Source of the DNA: Candidatus Gastranaerophilales bacterium
Lineage (GTDB): Bacteria > Cyanobacteriota > Vampirovibrionia > Gastranaerophilales > Gastranaerophilaceae
Reading direction: 5' to 3'
Assembly (NCBI GenBank): GCA_944324475.1
Contig: CALUWK010000002.1
Location: 33,387-97,386, forward strand
Length of the DNA stretch: 64,000 nucleotides
Below, one piece after another: positions 37,392 to 47,098 of the stretch. How positions within the stretch are numbered: the stretch's first letter is position 1; the number at the start of each line of letters is the position of its first letter. The translations under genes and the position numbers were made by a program. Below the pieces are notes generated by a model that was given only the letters and a program-made list of their open reading frames with translations, had not been told where the DNA came from and did no database searches.

Positions 37392-38367
37392 TCTTTTTAT
37401 TTTGAACTTTTTTATCATACATCATAAGTTCAAGAATTTTTTGTTTTTTAAATTTAAGTTTTTTATTTGTTAAAGAAAATTTATCAATTAGAAAATTTAT
37501 TTTATTATAATAATTATCGTCAATTTTTTTCATTTCATAAGAAAGTTTACTTGCACATTTTATACCATAAGACACAGCTTCGCCATGAGATATTTTTTTA
37601 TATTTTAAATAAGTTTCAAAAGCATGGGCAAAGGTATGCCCAAAATTCAATATTTTTCTTAAATTATTTTCACTCTTATCCAAACTAACAACATTTGCTT
37701 TTAAAGAAACACAACAAGCTATTATTTTAACCATTTCATTTTTAACATCTTTTGTTTGGTTAACCGTTAAAATATCTTCTAAATTATAAAATTTTTCACA
37801 CTTGCAAGATTTTTCTATAAAGGCATATTTTAACACTTCGCCCAATCCGCACTTATAGTTATAATCATCCAAAGTATTCAAAAACATAGGATCAATTAAA
37901 ACTTTATCAGCCAAATAAAAAGTACCTATTAAATTTTTACCAAATGAAGTATTATAACCCGTTTTGCCACCAATAGAAGAATCACACATGGCAAGCAGAG
38001 TAGTTGGAATTTGGATGAATTTTACCCCCCTTAAAATTACACTTGCACAATATCCTGCAATATCTCCAACAACGCCTCCTCCAAAAGCAACAATGCAATC
38101 ATTTCTTTCTATTTTTTCTTCAAGGAGTTTATTTAAAATATAATTACAAGTTTTATAATTTTTATACTTCTCACCATCTTTTATAATAATAATTTTCTTA
38201 TCATTAAATTTATACAAAATCTCCGGATATAATTTTGCTATAGTTGAATTAGTTATAAAAAAACACTTATTAATATCTAAAAAATCATCAATGTTTTTAG
38301 ACAAGTCATTTTCTATTAAAATTTCACTTTTATTTACTTCAGAATTTTTTATATATATTTTTTCCAT
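37306..38367 (-). CDS. aroB: 3-dehydroquinate synthase
   Basis: GGGVVGDIAGYCAS, IQIPTTLLAMCDSSIGGKTG, GHTFAHAFE, HGEAVSYG. Confidence 0.95.
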   Translation of the reverse strand: MEKIYIKNSEVNKSEILIENDLSKNIDDFLDINKCFFITNSTIAKLYPEILYKFNDKKIIIIKDGEKYKNYKTCNYILNKLLEEKIERNDCIVAFGGGVVGDIAGYCASVILRGVKFIQIPTTLLAMCDSSIGGKTGYNTSFGKNLIGTFYLADKVLIDPMFLNTLDDYNYKCGLGEVLKYAFIEKSCKCEKFYNLEDILTVNQTKDVKNEMVKIIACCVSLKANVVSLDKSENNLRKILNFGHTFAHAFETYLKYKKISHGEAVSYGIKCASKLSYEMKKIDDNYYNKINFLIDKFSLTNKKLKFKKQKILELMMYDKKVQNKKINLLLPVAPLEVELFDNIDLLLLEASLP

Positions 38368-38870
38368 AATTTTTCACATATTTCTTTTGTAATTTCATAA
38401 ATATCTTTATTATCAGTTTGAACTACAATATCTGCCATATTATAAAATTTCTCTCTATCATTCAAAATTTTTTTTATTTCATCTTTAGGATCATCTACCA
38501 ACAATAATGGTCTACTTTTATCATTCTTAATTCTTTCAAATATAGAATTACAACTTGTTTTAAGATAAATTGTTTTAATATTCCCACAAAAAAGTATTTC
38601 TCTATTATTAGAATTCAATACGACACCACCACCTGTAGAAATAATGAACTCCTCATTTTTTACAATATCAACCAAAATTTCATTTTCTTTTTCTCTAAAA
38701 TTATTTTCCCCATATATATCAAAATATTTTTTTATAGTCAACTTATATTTATTTTCAAAAATTTCATCAGTTTCAAAAAGTTTTATATTTGTTATTTTAT
38801 TTAATTGTTTTGCAATCGTTGATTTTCCGCTACCCATCATTCCGATTAACGCAACTTTATTATATTCCAT
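38349..38870 (-). CDS. aroK: shikimate kinase
   Basis: P-loop LIGMMGSGKSTIAK, and STGGGVV. Lies between aroC and aroB. Confidence 0.9.
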   Translation of the reverse strand: MEYNKVALIGMMGSGKSTIAKQLNKITNIKLFETDEIFENKYKLTIKKYFDIYGENNFREKENEILVDIVKNEEFIISTGGGVVLNSNNREILFCGNIKTIYLKTSCNSIFERIKNDKSRPLLLVDDPKDEIKKILNDREKFYNMADIVVQTDNKDIYEITKEICEKLWKKYI

Positions 38871-39984
38871 TTATCCTCTTTTGATAATTTTTAAAAGCTA
38901 AATCTATATCATTTTTACAATCATGACCAAACTTTTCAAAAAAAGCATCCAATATAATAATTGCAGCCATATTCCTTGCAACCACACCGCATGCTTCAAC
39001 AGCACAACAATCAGTTCTTTCGAAATGCGCCTTGGTTTTTATATGAGTTTTTATCTCAACGCTATTAAGTGCTTTTTTCATTGTGGGAATCGGCTTCATA
39101 GCAATTTTAAGCACAATATCTTCACCATTAGACATTCCGCCTTCAATTCCGCCCGAATTATTTGTTTTATGAAATATTTTTCCATTTTCTTCAAAAATTT
39201 CATCATGCGAGCTTGAACCAGAATATTTAGCATAATCCTTTCCAAGTCCTATTTCCACTGATTTTATCGCAGGGATAGACATCATAGCCTGAGCTAATTT
39301 TCCATCCAACCTTTTATCCCAATGAACAAAACTACCAAGCCCTGCGGGGGGATTTTTAATAACAATTTTAATGATCCCACCCAAAGAATCGCCTTCTTTT
39401 TGATATTTTTCAACAAAACTTTTAAAATCCTTTTTATTTTCGCAATCCTTAATAGAAATAATTTCTGATTCAAAAGAAATATTATAATATTTTAAAATAT
39501 TTTGACATATCGCACCAACCGCAACTCTTGTAGCTGTCTCTCTTGCACTTGAGCGCTCAAGAACGTATCTTATATCATCAAATCCATATTTAAAAACTCC
39601 TGCCAAATCAGCATGTGCAGGCCTAAATTTTGCTATTCTTTTTTCAATAATTTTCTTTTCAATTTCACATTTTAAATTTTCATCAATTTTACTAAAATCA
39701 ATTTTTTCAACGCTCATTGGATAAACCCAATTTTGCCAATCCTTATTTTCAATCTCAATAGAAATAGGACTTGCTGTGGTTACAGAAAAACGCACACCGG
39801 AATGCACTTTAATTTTATCTTTTTCAATTTTCATTCTGCCGCCACGCCCGTATCCTTGTTGACGACAAGCAAGCTCAGAATTTATAAAAGTAAAATCAAG
39901 CTCATAGCCAAACGGAATTCCTTCAATTATAGCATTTAATTTTTCCCCGTGCGATTCTCCCGATGTTAAAAAACGTATTGCCAT
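38860..39984 (-). CDS. aroC: chorismate synthase
   Basis: LTSGESHG, GRGGRMKIE, RSSARETATRVA, GGIEGGMSNG. Confidence 0.95.
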   Translation of the reverse strand: MAIRFLTSGESHGEKLNAIIEGIPFGYELDFTFINSELACRQQGYGRGGRMKIEKDKIKVHSGVRFSVTTASPISIEIENKDWQNWVYPMSVEKIDFSKIDENLKCEIEKKIIEKRIAKFRPAHADLAGVFKYGFDDIRYVLERSSARETATRVAVGAICQNILKYYNISFESEIISIKDCENKKDFKSFVEKYQKEGDSLGGIIKIVIKNPPAGLGSFVHWDKRLDGKLAQAMMSIPAIKSVEIGLGKDYAKYSGSSSHDEIFEENGKIFHKTNNSGGIEGGMSNGEDIVLKIAMKPIPTMKKALNSVEIKTHIKTKAHFERTDCCAVEACGVVARNMAAIIILDAFFEKFGHDCKNDIDLAFKNYQKRINGI

Positions 39985-39993
39985 CTTATCCCC

Positions 39994-40731
39994 TTAAATA
40001 ACAATCCAAGGCTTTTCTTCTTGAGCAATTATAACTTCAACTTTTGTTTTTGCAATTAAACCCTGAATAAGAGGTAATACTGGAAGTTCAGATTCAAAAT
40101 GCCCAATATCAGCAACAGCAAAACCTTCAACCTCGAGTGCTTTGTGAAATTTAATATCGCCTGTTATATATAAATCTATATCATAATTTTTTAGTTTATC
40201 AATAAAACTCCCGCCCGCACCTGCACACACTGCAACATTTTTAACGGTATCAATATTATTCGGATTAATAAGTTTTAAATGCTCCAAATTTAATGCTTGT
40301 TTTATATTTTTTATCATCTGATCTAAAGCAAATTCATCTTTCAAATGTGAAATTTTAATATAATCGTCCACTGTAATAAGATTTTGTAAACCTAAAACTC
40401 CACACAATGCATCAGTTGTTGAACCATAAGTCTTATCAAGATTCGTGTGGGCACAATAAACACAAATATTATTTCTTATTGCTTCTGCTATAAGTGAATT
40501 TTCGATTTTTTTAATAGAATTAAATATCAAAGGATGATGAGTAATAATTAAATCACAATCATTTGTTACTGCTTGTTCTAAAACATCTCTGGTAAAAGAA
40601 AGAGCAACTAAAACTTTATTTGTATAATCATGTTCCAAATTTATCTGCCAACCTGAATTATCCCAAGATTCTGCAAGTTCTAAAGAAGCATACTTTTCAA
40701 TTTTTGAAATGATATAGTCTGTTTTAATCAC
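39994..40731 (-). CDS. Nif3-family dinuclear metal centre protein (GTP cyclohydrolase 1 type 2 homolog)
   Basis: ESWDNSGWQI, ITHHPLIF, HTNLD, and a C-terminal GHFESE. I prefer the GTG at 40731, preceded by GGAGG, over the ORF-track ATG at 40758. Confidence 0.85.
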   Translation of the reverse strand: MIKTDYIISKIEKYASLELAESWDNSGWQINLEHDYTNKVLVALSFTRDVLEQAVTNDCDLIITHHPLIFNSIKKIENSLIAEAIRNNICVYCAHTNLDKTYGSTTDALCGVLGLQNLITVDDYIKISHLKDEFALDQMIKNIKQALNLEHLKLINPNNIDTVKNVAVCAGAGGSFIDKLKNYDIDLYITGDIKFHKALEVEGFAVADIGHFESELPVLPLIQGLIAKTKVEVIIAQEEKPWIVI

Positions 40732-41899
40732 AAACAACCTCCAAAATTTTTCTAGCAATGTTGTCTTTCGTGTCTAATTCCATATTTATAATTTTACCAC
40801 TTTTTTCTATAATTGTAACTTTATTTTCATCAGTATTTAACGCAATTTTTACCTCGTTTGCAACTATATAATCAAGATTTTTATTTTTTAATTTGTTTTT
40901 AGCTTGAGCTACACAATCTTCATCAGCCAAGCAAAAGCCGACTATTTTTTGATTTTGTCTTTTATTTTGAGCTATTTTCTTGACAACATCCTGATTTTTC
41001 ACAAACTCAAGCGCAAACTCATGTTGCATATTTTCTTTTATTATCTTTTTTTCTGATTTATTTTTTACCTTAAAATCACAAACTGCAGCTGCCATAATTA
41101 AAACATCAAAATCGTTATTTTTAATAGCTTCAAGCATTTCGTCTGCCGAGTTTACATTAATTGATTTATATGGCACATTTTCAAGTTCGACTGCAGAAAT
41201 AGCTAAAACATCAAACCCCATTCTATATGCCCACTTACAGAGCGACTTACCCATTTTTCCCGATGAAAAATTACTTATACAACGAACACTATCTATTGAT
41301 TCTTTAGTTCCACCAAGAGTCACTATAACTTTTTTCCCATTATTAATTTTATTTTGAAAAAGATTTTTTAAAGTTTTTTCAAAAATCAATTCAATTTTTG
41401 CAAGTCTTCCACAACCAACATCCCCACAAGCAAGAAAACCATCCTCAGGGTCAACAAAATCTACATTTTGATTTTTGAGTTTTTTGATATTTTCTTGAAT
41501 AAACGGATTATTCCACATATTTTTATTCATTGCAGGAGCCATTAAAATTGGTTTTTTAGTTGAAAGATAAGCACAAAAAATACTACTTAAAAGGTTATCG
41601 GCAATTCCTTGAGCGCATTTTGAAAGAGTATTTGCGCTAATAGGTGCTACAACAAAAATATCCGCCCATTCAACAAGATTTATATGTTGAACATTATTCC
41701 TTGGGCTAAATTGACTATAATAAACTTCATTTTCCGACAATGTCTCCAATACAAGTGTAGAAACAAAATTAAGAGCATTTTCTGTTACAACAACTTTCAC
41801 ATTATAGCCATTTTTTTTATACAATCTTACTAATTCATATATTTTATACGAAGCAATAGATGATGTTATACCCACTAATATATTTTTTAAATTGTTCAT
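40724..41899 (-). CDS. coaBC: bifunctional phosphopantothenoylcysteine decarboxylase / phosphopantothenate-cysteine ligase
   Basis: N-terminal flavoprotein domain (ILVGITSSIASYK, PAMNKNMW) and a C-terminal CoaB domain (ISNFSSGKMG, AAAVCDF). Confidence 0.95.
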   Translation of the reverse strand: MNNLKNILVGITSSIASYKIYELVRLYKKNGYNVKVVVTENALNFVSTLVLETLSENEVYYSQFSPRNNVQHINLVEWADIFVVAPISANTLSKCAQGIADNLLSSIFCAYLSTKKPILMAPAMNKNMWNNPFIQENIKKLKNQNVDFVDPEDGFLACGDVGCGRLAKIELIFEKTLKNLFQNKINNGKKVIVTLGGTKESIDSVRCISNFSSGKMGKSLCKWAYRMGFDVLAISAVELENVPYKSINVNSADEMLEAIKNNDFDVLIMAAAVCDFKVKNKSEKKIIKENMQHEFALEFVKNQDVVKKIAQNKRQNQKIVGFCLADEDCVAQAKNKLKNKNLDYIVANEVKIALNTDENKVTIIEKSGKIINMELDTKDNIARKILEVVCD

Positions 41900-42465
41900 T
41901 TTGTTTCCTTATTGTATATTTTAATTAATTCATCAACTGCCTCATCAACAACTTTATTTTCAATTACATAATGAAATTTATTTGCATTGTTCAACTCATC
42001 TTCAGCTATCATAAGCCTTTTTTTGATTGATTCTTCACTTTCACTGTGACGACCTCTCAAACGTTTTTCTAATTCATCAAAACTGGGAGGCTTAATAAAA
42101 ATTGTTACAGCTTCAGGGCATTTACTCATTACTTGCAGTGCACCTTGAAGCTCAATTTCAAGAAGAACACTTTTACCTTCTTTCAATTTTTCTTCTACAA
42201 ATTTTTTACTGGTACCGTAAAAATTACCACTATAGCAAGCATATTCCAAAAAAGCATTTTCTTTAATCAATTTTTCAAATTCATCTTTTGAAATAAAAAA
42301 ATAATGCATTCCGTTTATTTCACCATCTCTAGGCGCCCTTGTCGTATTTGAAATTGAATATACAATATTGTTATCAACCTTTTTAAAAAAATCAGCCAAT
42401 ATTGTCCCCTTGCCAACACCTGAAGGGCCTGTAAATATTATAAGTTTTGCTTTATTTTTTGTCAT
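41896..42465 (-). CDS. gmk: guanylate kinase
   Basis: P-loop FTGPSGVGKGT, TTRAPRDGE, YGT. Confidence 0.95.
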   Translation of the reverse strand: MTKNKAKLIIFTGPSGVGKGTILADFFKKVDNNIVYSISNTTRAPRDGEINGMHYFFISKDEFEKLIKENAFLEYACYSGNFYGTSKKFVEEKLKEGKSVLLEIELQGALQVMSKCPEAVTIFIKPPSFDELEKRLRGRHSESEESIKKRLMIAEDELNNANKFHYVIENKVVDEAVDELIKIYNKETK

Positions 42466-42517
42466 ATTTAACCAAAATACACTAATTTATCTAATTATAT
42501 AATAAAAATTGATTTAA

Positions 42518-42549
42518 TTAAAAAAAAGGATGATAATTTTATCATCCTT
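42518..42549 (-). terminator. rho-independent terminator after the pilin-like gene
   Basis: Stem AAGGATGAT / ATCATCCTT with a 6-nt loop. On the minus strand it is followed by a T8-10 run. Confidence 0.7.
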
Positions 42550-42588
42550 ACCAAAACACAAAATAATATGAAAATATGTTAAACTTTT

Positions 42589-43491
42589 TTATTCCCAATT
42601 TTTATTTAAGATGTCCTTATCGCAGCCTTTTTTAAAGTTAGAATATGTATCATAATTACTTCCTGGCCCCATTGCACTTATTACCGGCGGATATTCATTT
42701 ATGGTTGGACCAAAAATATATTTTCCATTTGAATATATAACAGGTCTAATTGTAACTTTGCAAGGGCCATAAACATAATAACAATAATAATCCCAATAAT
42801 AAGCACTGCTACACCTCTCATATTCGGTAACTCTTGCACTAACGTAATCAACTACACCTGGTCTATATTTTTTGCAATTACCGCTTGATGTTTTAAAATA
42901 TCCCTTTTGGCAACCATCCATATAGCCTTCAAATTGCTCTAGACCAGATTGCGAACTTGAATTAGATGATGAATTAGGACAATCACCTCCTATACCACAT
43001 TGATAACATTCAGATGCGCCTATACCTGACCATTCACCACTGTTGCAACTTTTGCAAGTGACCGAACCAACAGTATCTTGCCAGTAACCTGCCTGACAAT
43101 CCTTGCATGCTGCCTGCCCTTTTAGATTTTGATATTGACCCTTAGGGCAAACGATACAATTAATTTGTTTTATTTGATTTTGATAATATCCTTCTGGACA
43201 CTGAATATAGTTCATTGCAGCTTCATGATCAACGTAAGCTCCAATCGGAGAATCTTTGCAAAACATCTTACCTACCTCATCTTGGTATTGTCCCTTTGGG
43301 CAAGGCTTACATGTTTTTATACCATCAAAATAATAGCCCATATTACACACTTTAAAATTAGAATTTGATGAAACAACATTAATTTTTGATATTTTTTTTG
43401 AAACAATAGGGCTAAAAGCCGCAAATAAACAACTAACAGTAATCAAGCTAATCATTAATTCAATTAATGAAAATGCATTAAAATATTTCAT
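42589..43491 (-). CDS. prepilin-type N-terminal cleavage/methylation-domain protein fused to cysteine-rich CxxCPxGxYQ repeats
   Basis: Class III signal peptide MKYFNA/FSLIELMISLITVSCLFAAF (Glu at +5). It is followed by CKPCPKGQYQ, CPEGYYQ, CIVCPKGQYQ, CKDCQAGYWQ and CKSCNSGEW. I count about 20 Cys in the mature part, and the C-terminus is aromatic-rich. Confidence 0.8.
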   Translation of the reverse strand: MKYFNAFSLIELMISLITVSCLFAAFSPIVSKKISKINVVSSNSNFKVCNMGYYFDGIKTCKPCPKGQYQDEVGKMFCKDSPIGAYVDHEAAMNYIQCPEGYYQNQIKQINCIVCPKGQYQNLKGQAACKDCQAGYWQDTVGSVTCKSCNSGEWSGIGASECYQCGIGGDCPNSSSNSSSQSGLEQFEGYMDGCQKGYFKTSSGNCKKYRPGVVDYVSARVTEYERCSSAYYWDYYCYYVYGPCKVTIRPVIYSNGKYIFGPTINEYPPVISAMGPGSNYDTYSNFKKGCDKDILNKNWE

Positions 43492-43542
43492 TTTTTAATT
43501 CCTATTTATTGCAAACGAAACACGCCTTACAAAAGGCGGATA

Positions 43543-43635
43543 AATTACAACTTAGCCACAAATGTAATTTTGTAGTATAGTTATATGTGTAATTGTTGTA
43601 TTATATCGATACCATTATTATATACATAAATTACA
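43543..43635. promoter_or_regulatory. four copies of the heptamer AATTACA/TGTAATT in the divergent intergenic region (candidate operator array)
   Basis: AATTACA at 43543-43549 and 43629-43635, both within the 11-mer ATAAATTACAA. TGTAATT at 43563-43569 and 43588-43594. The first pair forms the 8-bp inverted repeat AAATTACA-N13-TGTAATTT. Confidence 0.4.
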
Positions 43636-43672
43636 ATATTTGTCAATATATATAAATACACACGGGTAATTT

Positions 43673-43963
43673 ATGTCTACGCAAGGTCAAAGACTAAAAA
43701 AAATCAGAAACGAACTGAATCTGACTCAAGCACAACTAGGCTTGGCTTTGGGTATTTCAAAACAGTTTTATTCTAATATTGAAACAGATAGGACTTTACT
43801 GAATAATGAAAAATTAGTATTGCTATATAAAGACTATAATGTAAATTTAAATTACCTTCTGGGCGGAGTTTTGCCTATGTTTAACGATGATAAAAAAACA
43901 ACTAATGATTTTGAAGAAAAAGTAAAAAAAATATTAATTCAAGAAGGTTTAATAAAAAATTAA
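43673..43963 (+). CDS. XRE-family helix-turn-helix transcriptional regulator
   Basis: LKKIRNELNLTQAQLGLALGISKQFYSNIETDR is a typical Cro/CI-type HTH. 96 aa. Confidence 0.85.
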   Translation: MSTQGQRLKKIRNELNLTQAQLGLALGISKQFYSNIETDRTLLNNEKLVLLYKDYNVNLNYLLGGVLPMFNDDKKTTNDFEEKVKKILIQEGLIKN

Positions 43964-43979
43964 AAACTTTTACTAATTT

Positions 43980-44001
43980 AAAGACCCCTCAAGGGGTCTT
44001 T
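43980..44001. terminator. hairpin between convergent XRE and rpoD genes (bidirectional terminator)
   Basis: 9-bp stem AAAGACCCC / GGGGTCTTT with a 4-nt loop and A/T runs on both sides. Confidence 0.65.
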
Positions 44002-44005
44002 AAAT

Positions 44006-45076
44006 TTAAACTTCAACATATTCTTTTAAACGCTTTGAACGATTAGGATGTCTCAACTTTCTTAGCGCCTTAGCCTCAATTTGTCTGATGCGTTCACGAG
44101 TGACACCAAATAACTGACCAACTTCTTCAAGTGTTCTTTGTCTGCCGTCATCCATGCCAAAACGCAATCTTAAAACATCCCTTTCTCGAGCCGAAAGTGA
44201 GCTTAAAACTTCAGCTAAATCTTCTCTTAAAAGTTCATGAGCAACTGTTTTTACAGGAGCATCAGCATCTTTATCTTCAATAAAATCACCCAATCTTGAA
44301 TCTTCTTCTTTTCCAATAGGAGTTTCAAGAGACAAAGGTTCTTGAGCAACTTTTATTATTTCTCTTAACTTATTAATAGAAATTCCCATTTCTGCAGACA
44401 ATTCTTCTTCAGATGGCTTTCTTGCAAGCTCTTGAGCCAATTTTCTTGTGACCTTCTTAAGTTTATTAATTGTCTCAACCATATGAACAGGAATTCTAAT
44501 TGTTCTGGCTTGATCAGCTATCGCTCTTGTTATTGCTTGTCTAATCCACCAAGTTGCATAGGTAGAAAACTTATAACCTCTTTCATGATCAAACTTTTCG
44601 GCCGCTCTGATTAAACCAAGATTTCCTTCTTGAATTAAATCCAAAAAAAGCATGCCTCGTCCTACATATTTTTTTGCTATAGAAACAACAAGTCTTAAAT
44701 TAGCTTGAACAAGCTTTCTTTTTGCAACAGCGCCGCTATTGCCACCTGCTACAATTTTTCTTGCTAAATCTATTTCTTCATCGGCAGTTAAAAGTTTAAT
44801 TCTGCCAATTTCACGCAAATACATTCTTACAGGATCGTCAACAGAAACTCCTCTTGGAACAGTTAAATCATTCTCCATTTCGCCTTCTGATTCTTGTTGA
44901 TCAAAAAAGCTAATAGTGCTTGAATTTTCAACTGCACTAACACCCTGAGTTCTCATAATGTTAGAAATATTATCAGTTTCAAGACCCGTACCTTCAAAGT
45001 ACTCGTCTTCTTCTATCATTTCTGATTTATCCATAACATTAATTACAGAACTGTCGGAATTTCTTTTTCTACTCAT
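44006..45076 (-). CDS. rpoD: primary-type RNA polymerase sigma factor (sigma-70 family, RpoD/SigA)
   Basis: Regions 1.2 to 4.2 are present: [77 protein letters not shown]. The gene lies downstream of dnaG. Confidence 0.95.
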   Translation of the reverse strand: MSRKRNSDSSVINVMDKSEMIEEDEYFEGTGLETDNISNIMRTQGVSAVENSSTISFFDQQESEGEMENDLTVPRGVSVDDPVRMYLREIGRIKLLTADEEIDLARKIVAGGNSGAVAKRKLVQANLRLVVSIAKKYVGRGMLFLDLIQEGNLGLIRAAEKFDHERGYKFSTYATWWIRQAITRAIADQARTIRIPVHMVETINKLKKVTRKLAQELARKPSEEELSAEMGISINKLREIIKVAQEPLSLETPIGKEEDSRLGDFIEDKDADAPVKTVAHELLREDLAEVLSSLSARERDVLRLRFGMDDGRQRTLEEVGQLFGVTRERIRQIEAKALRKLRHPNRSKRLKEYVEV

Positions 45077-45094
45077 TAATTATCTCCAATCTGT

Positions 45095-46969
45095 CTATTT
45101 GTTTTTTAACTCTTGAAAAATTTTTGTTGAAATAACTAATTTTTCTTCTTCTGTCAAGTTATTGTTTTTTAGCATTTTTTTCAACTCATTTTTCCTATAT
45201 TGTTGCTTCAAATTTTCTAATCTTTCAAACGTTTCATCTACTGCTTGCATAAAATCGTCTTGTGACAAGTTGTTAAATTCATGCGATGAAAAAATATTAT
45301 CTGAAATTTTCTTTTGTATATGCTGTTCATTATAAAACCCTAAAAAAAGTTTTTTTGCTAGTTCGTCAACATTATTTACTTCCAAAAATTTTTTGTCAAT
45401 GCTTTCAAGTATCTTCGAATTTTCCATATCTTGCGAACTATAACCTGATAATTTCTTTTGCAAATATATTTTTTTATCTTCTGTATTTGCCGCAAATGCC
45501 AATTTTATCAAGTTCTGCTCCATTAATTCATATAAATTTGACGAGGCTCTATTTGATAATTTTATTTTGTCAATTAAATTTTCATTCTCAACTTTTAAAA
45601 TACCAAATTCATCTTGTTGCTTGTTTATAATTTGAGTTTTTAAAATTGTTTCTGCAACATCTAACTTAAAAGCTGCTGCTTTTATATAATCGTCCAAAAT
45701 TACAGAATTTTTAATTTGATACAAAATATCAGCAATTTGTATGACAAAATGACTTTTTTCTTGTGGAGTTAAATTACTTCTTATCTCCTTATAAATTTGA
45801 TTTAACTGATAATCCAACAATAATGGAGCATCATTTATCTTTTTTAAATATTCTTCCCCACCAAACTCCCTTATAAATTCATCAGGATCCTTACCTTGAA
45901 TTTCTGATACAACCCTAATTTCACAAACATTTTCTTCACTGCTTCTAAAATTAGAATCATATTGTTTTATATCTCCTAATGCTAAAAAAATATTTTTAAT
46001 TACTTCAGCACCATGTTCTATCGCTTTTTTACCTGCACTATCTGTATCAAAAGCAAGATAAATTTTTCTTGAAGGACTATATCTGCTAATAAGCTTGATA
46101 TGTTGAGCTGTAAGTGCCGTTCCGCAAGTCGCAACTGCATTTTCAACTCCACCAAGATGTGCCGATATTACATCAAAATAACCTTCCATAAAAATCACTG
46201 AATCACTTTTTTTAATGGCGTCTTTCGCTCTGTTTAAACCAAATAGAACAGCACTTTTGTTATAAATAACACTTTCAGGAGAATTTATATATTTGGGCAT
46301 TTGACCTTCAATAATTGCTCTTGCTCCAAAAGCAATTATATTAGAATTAATATCTTTAATTGGAATTATAATTCTATTTTTAAAACGATCTATAAATGTT
46401 CCTTCTTTTTCGTAAACAAGACCCGCTTTATTTAATTCTTCAACAGTAAAACCAAGCTTGGTTAAATAAGCTTTAAGTTCAAAATTTCCCTTTGGAGCAA
46501 GTCCTAAAGAAAATTTGGAAATTGCAACTTCGTTTATTCCCCTTTTTTTAAGATATTCAAGAGCCTTTTGATTTGATTCAAGATTATTTTTGAAAAATTT
46601 ACATGCTTGTTCCATAGCGTCATATAAACGTTCTTTTTCAGCCTTATGAAAAGAAGCATTCTTCAAATTTCTTTTAGGTAACTCTATTCCTAAGTTTAAA
46701 GCTTGTTCTTCAATTACTTCATTAAATGATTGATTATTAATTTTCATTAAAAAAGTAAATACATCTCCGCCTTCTCCACAACCAAAACATTTAAATATTT
46801 GTTTATCTGGAGTAACAACAAAAGAGGGTGTCTTTTCATTATGAAATGGACATAGACCTTGGAAATTTCTTCCCGATTTTTTAAGAACAACATATTTAGA
46901 TATAACATCTACAATATCTAAACTATTTTTAATTTGCTCGACTGCTTGCTGATAAGAAACTTCCGACAT
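45095..46969 (-). CDS. dnaG: DNA primase
   Basis: Zinc finger CPFHNEKTPSF...CFGCGEGGDVF, RNA polymerase core, and TOPRIM (IFMEGYFDVIS, DTDSAGKKA). Confidence 0.95.
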   Translation of the reverse strand: MSEVSYQQAVEQIKNSLDIVDVISKYVVLKKSGRNFQGLCPFHNEKTPSFVVTPDKQIFKCFGCGEGGDVFTFLMKINNQSFNEVIEEQALNLGIELPKRNLKNASFHKAEKERLYDAMEQACKFFKNNLESNQKALEYLKKRGINEVAISKFSLGLAPKGNFELKAYLTKLGFTVEELNKAGLVYEKEGTFIDRFKNRIIIPIKDINSNIIAFGARAIIEGQMPKYINSPESVIYNKSAVLFGLNRAKDAIKKSDSVIFMEGYFDVISAHLGGVENAVATCGTALTAQHIKLISRYSPSRKIYLAFDTDSAGKKAIEHGAEVIKNIFLALGDIKQYDSNFRSSEENVCEIRVVSEIQGKDPDEFIREFGGEEYLKKINDAPLLLDYQLNQIYKEIRSNLTPQEKSHFVIQIADILYQIKNSVILDDYIKAAAFKLDVAETILKTQIINKQQDEFGILKVENENLIDKIKLSNRASSNLYELMEQNLIKLAFAANTEDKKIYLQKKLSGYSSQDMENSKILESIDKKFLEVNNVDELAKKLFLGFYNEQHIQKKISDNIFSSHEFNNLSQDDFMQAVDETFERLENLKQQYRKNELKKMLKNNNLTEEEKLVISTKIFQELKNK

Positions 46970-47098
46970 TTTCTAATGTAAACTCTATTTTGTATTCTGT
47001 CTTTTTTTAACACCAAAATAACATATTTTAAAGAGTGTTTTGATAAATAATTTAAAAAAGTTTACAACCTCTTTTATTTATGATTAAATTTCTTATTA

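Noticed and set aside
43392-43399. A8/T8 homopolymer inside the 5-prime part of the pilin-like gene as a phase-variation tract
   Set aside because: Runs of 8 A/T are frequent throughout this AT-rich window, including in housekeeping genes. There is no evidence of length heterogeneity from a single sequence.
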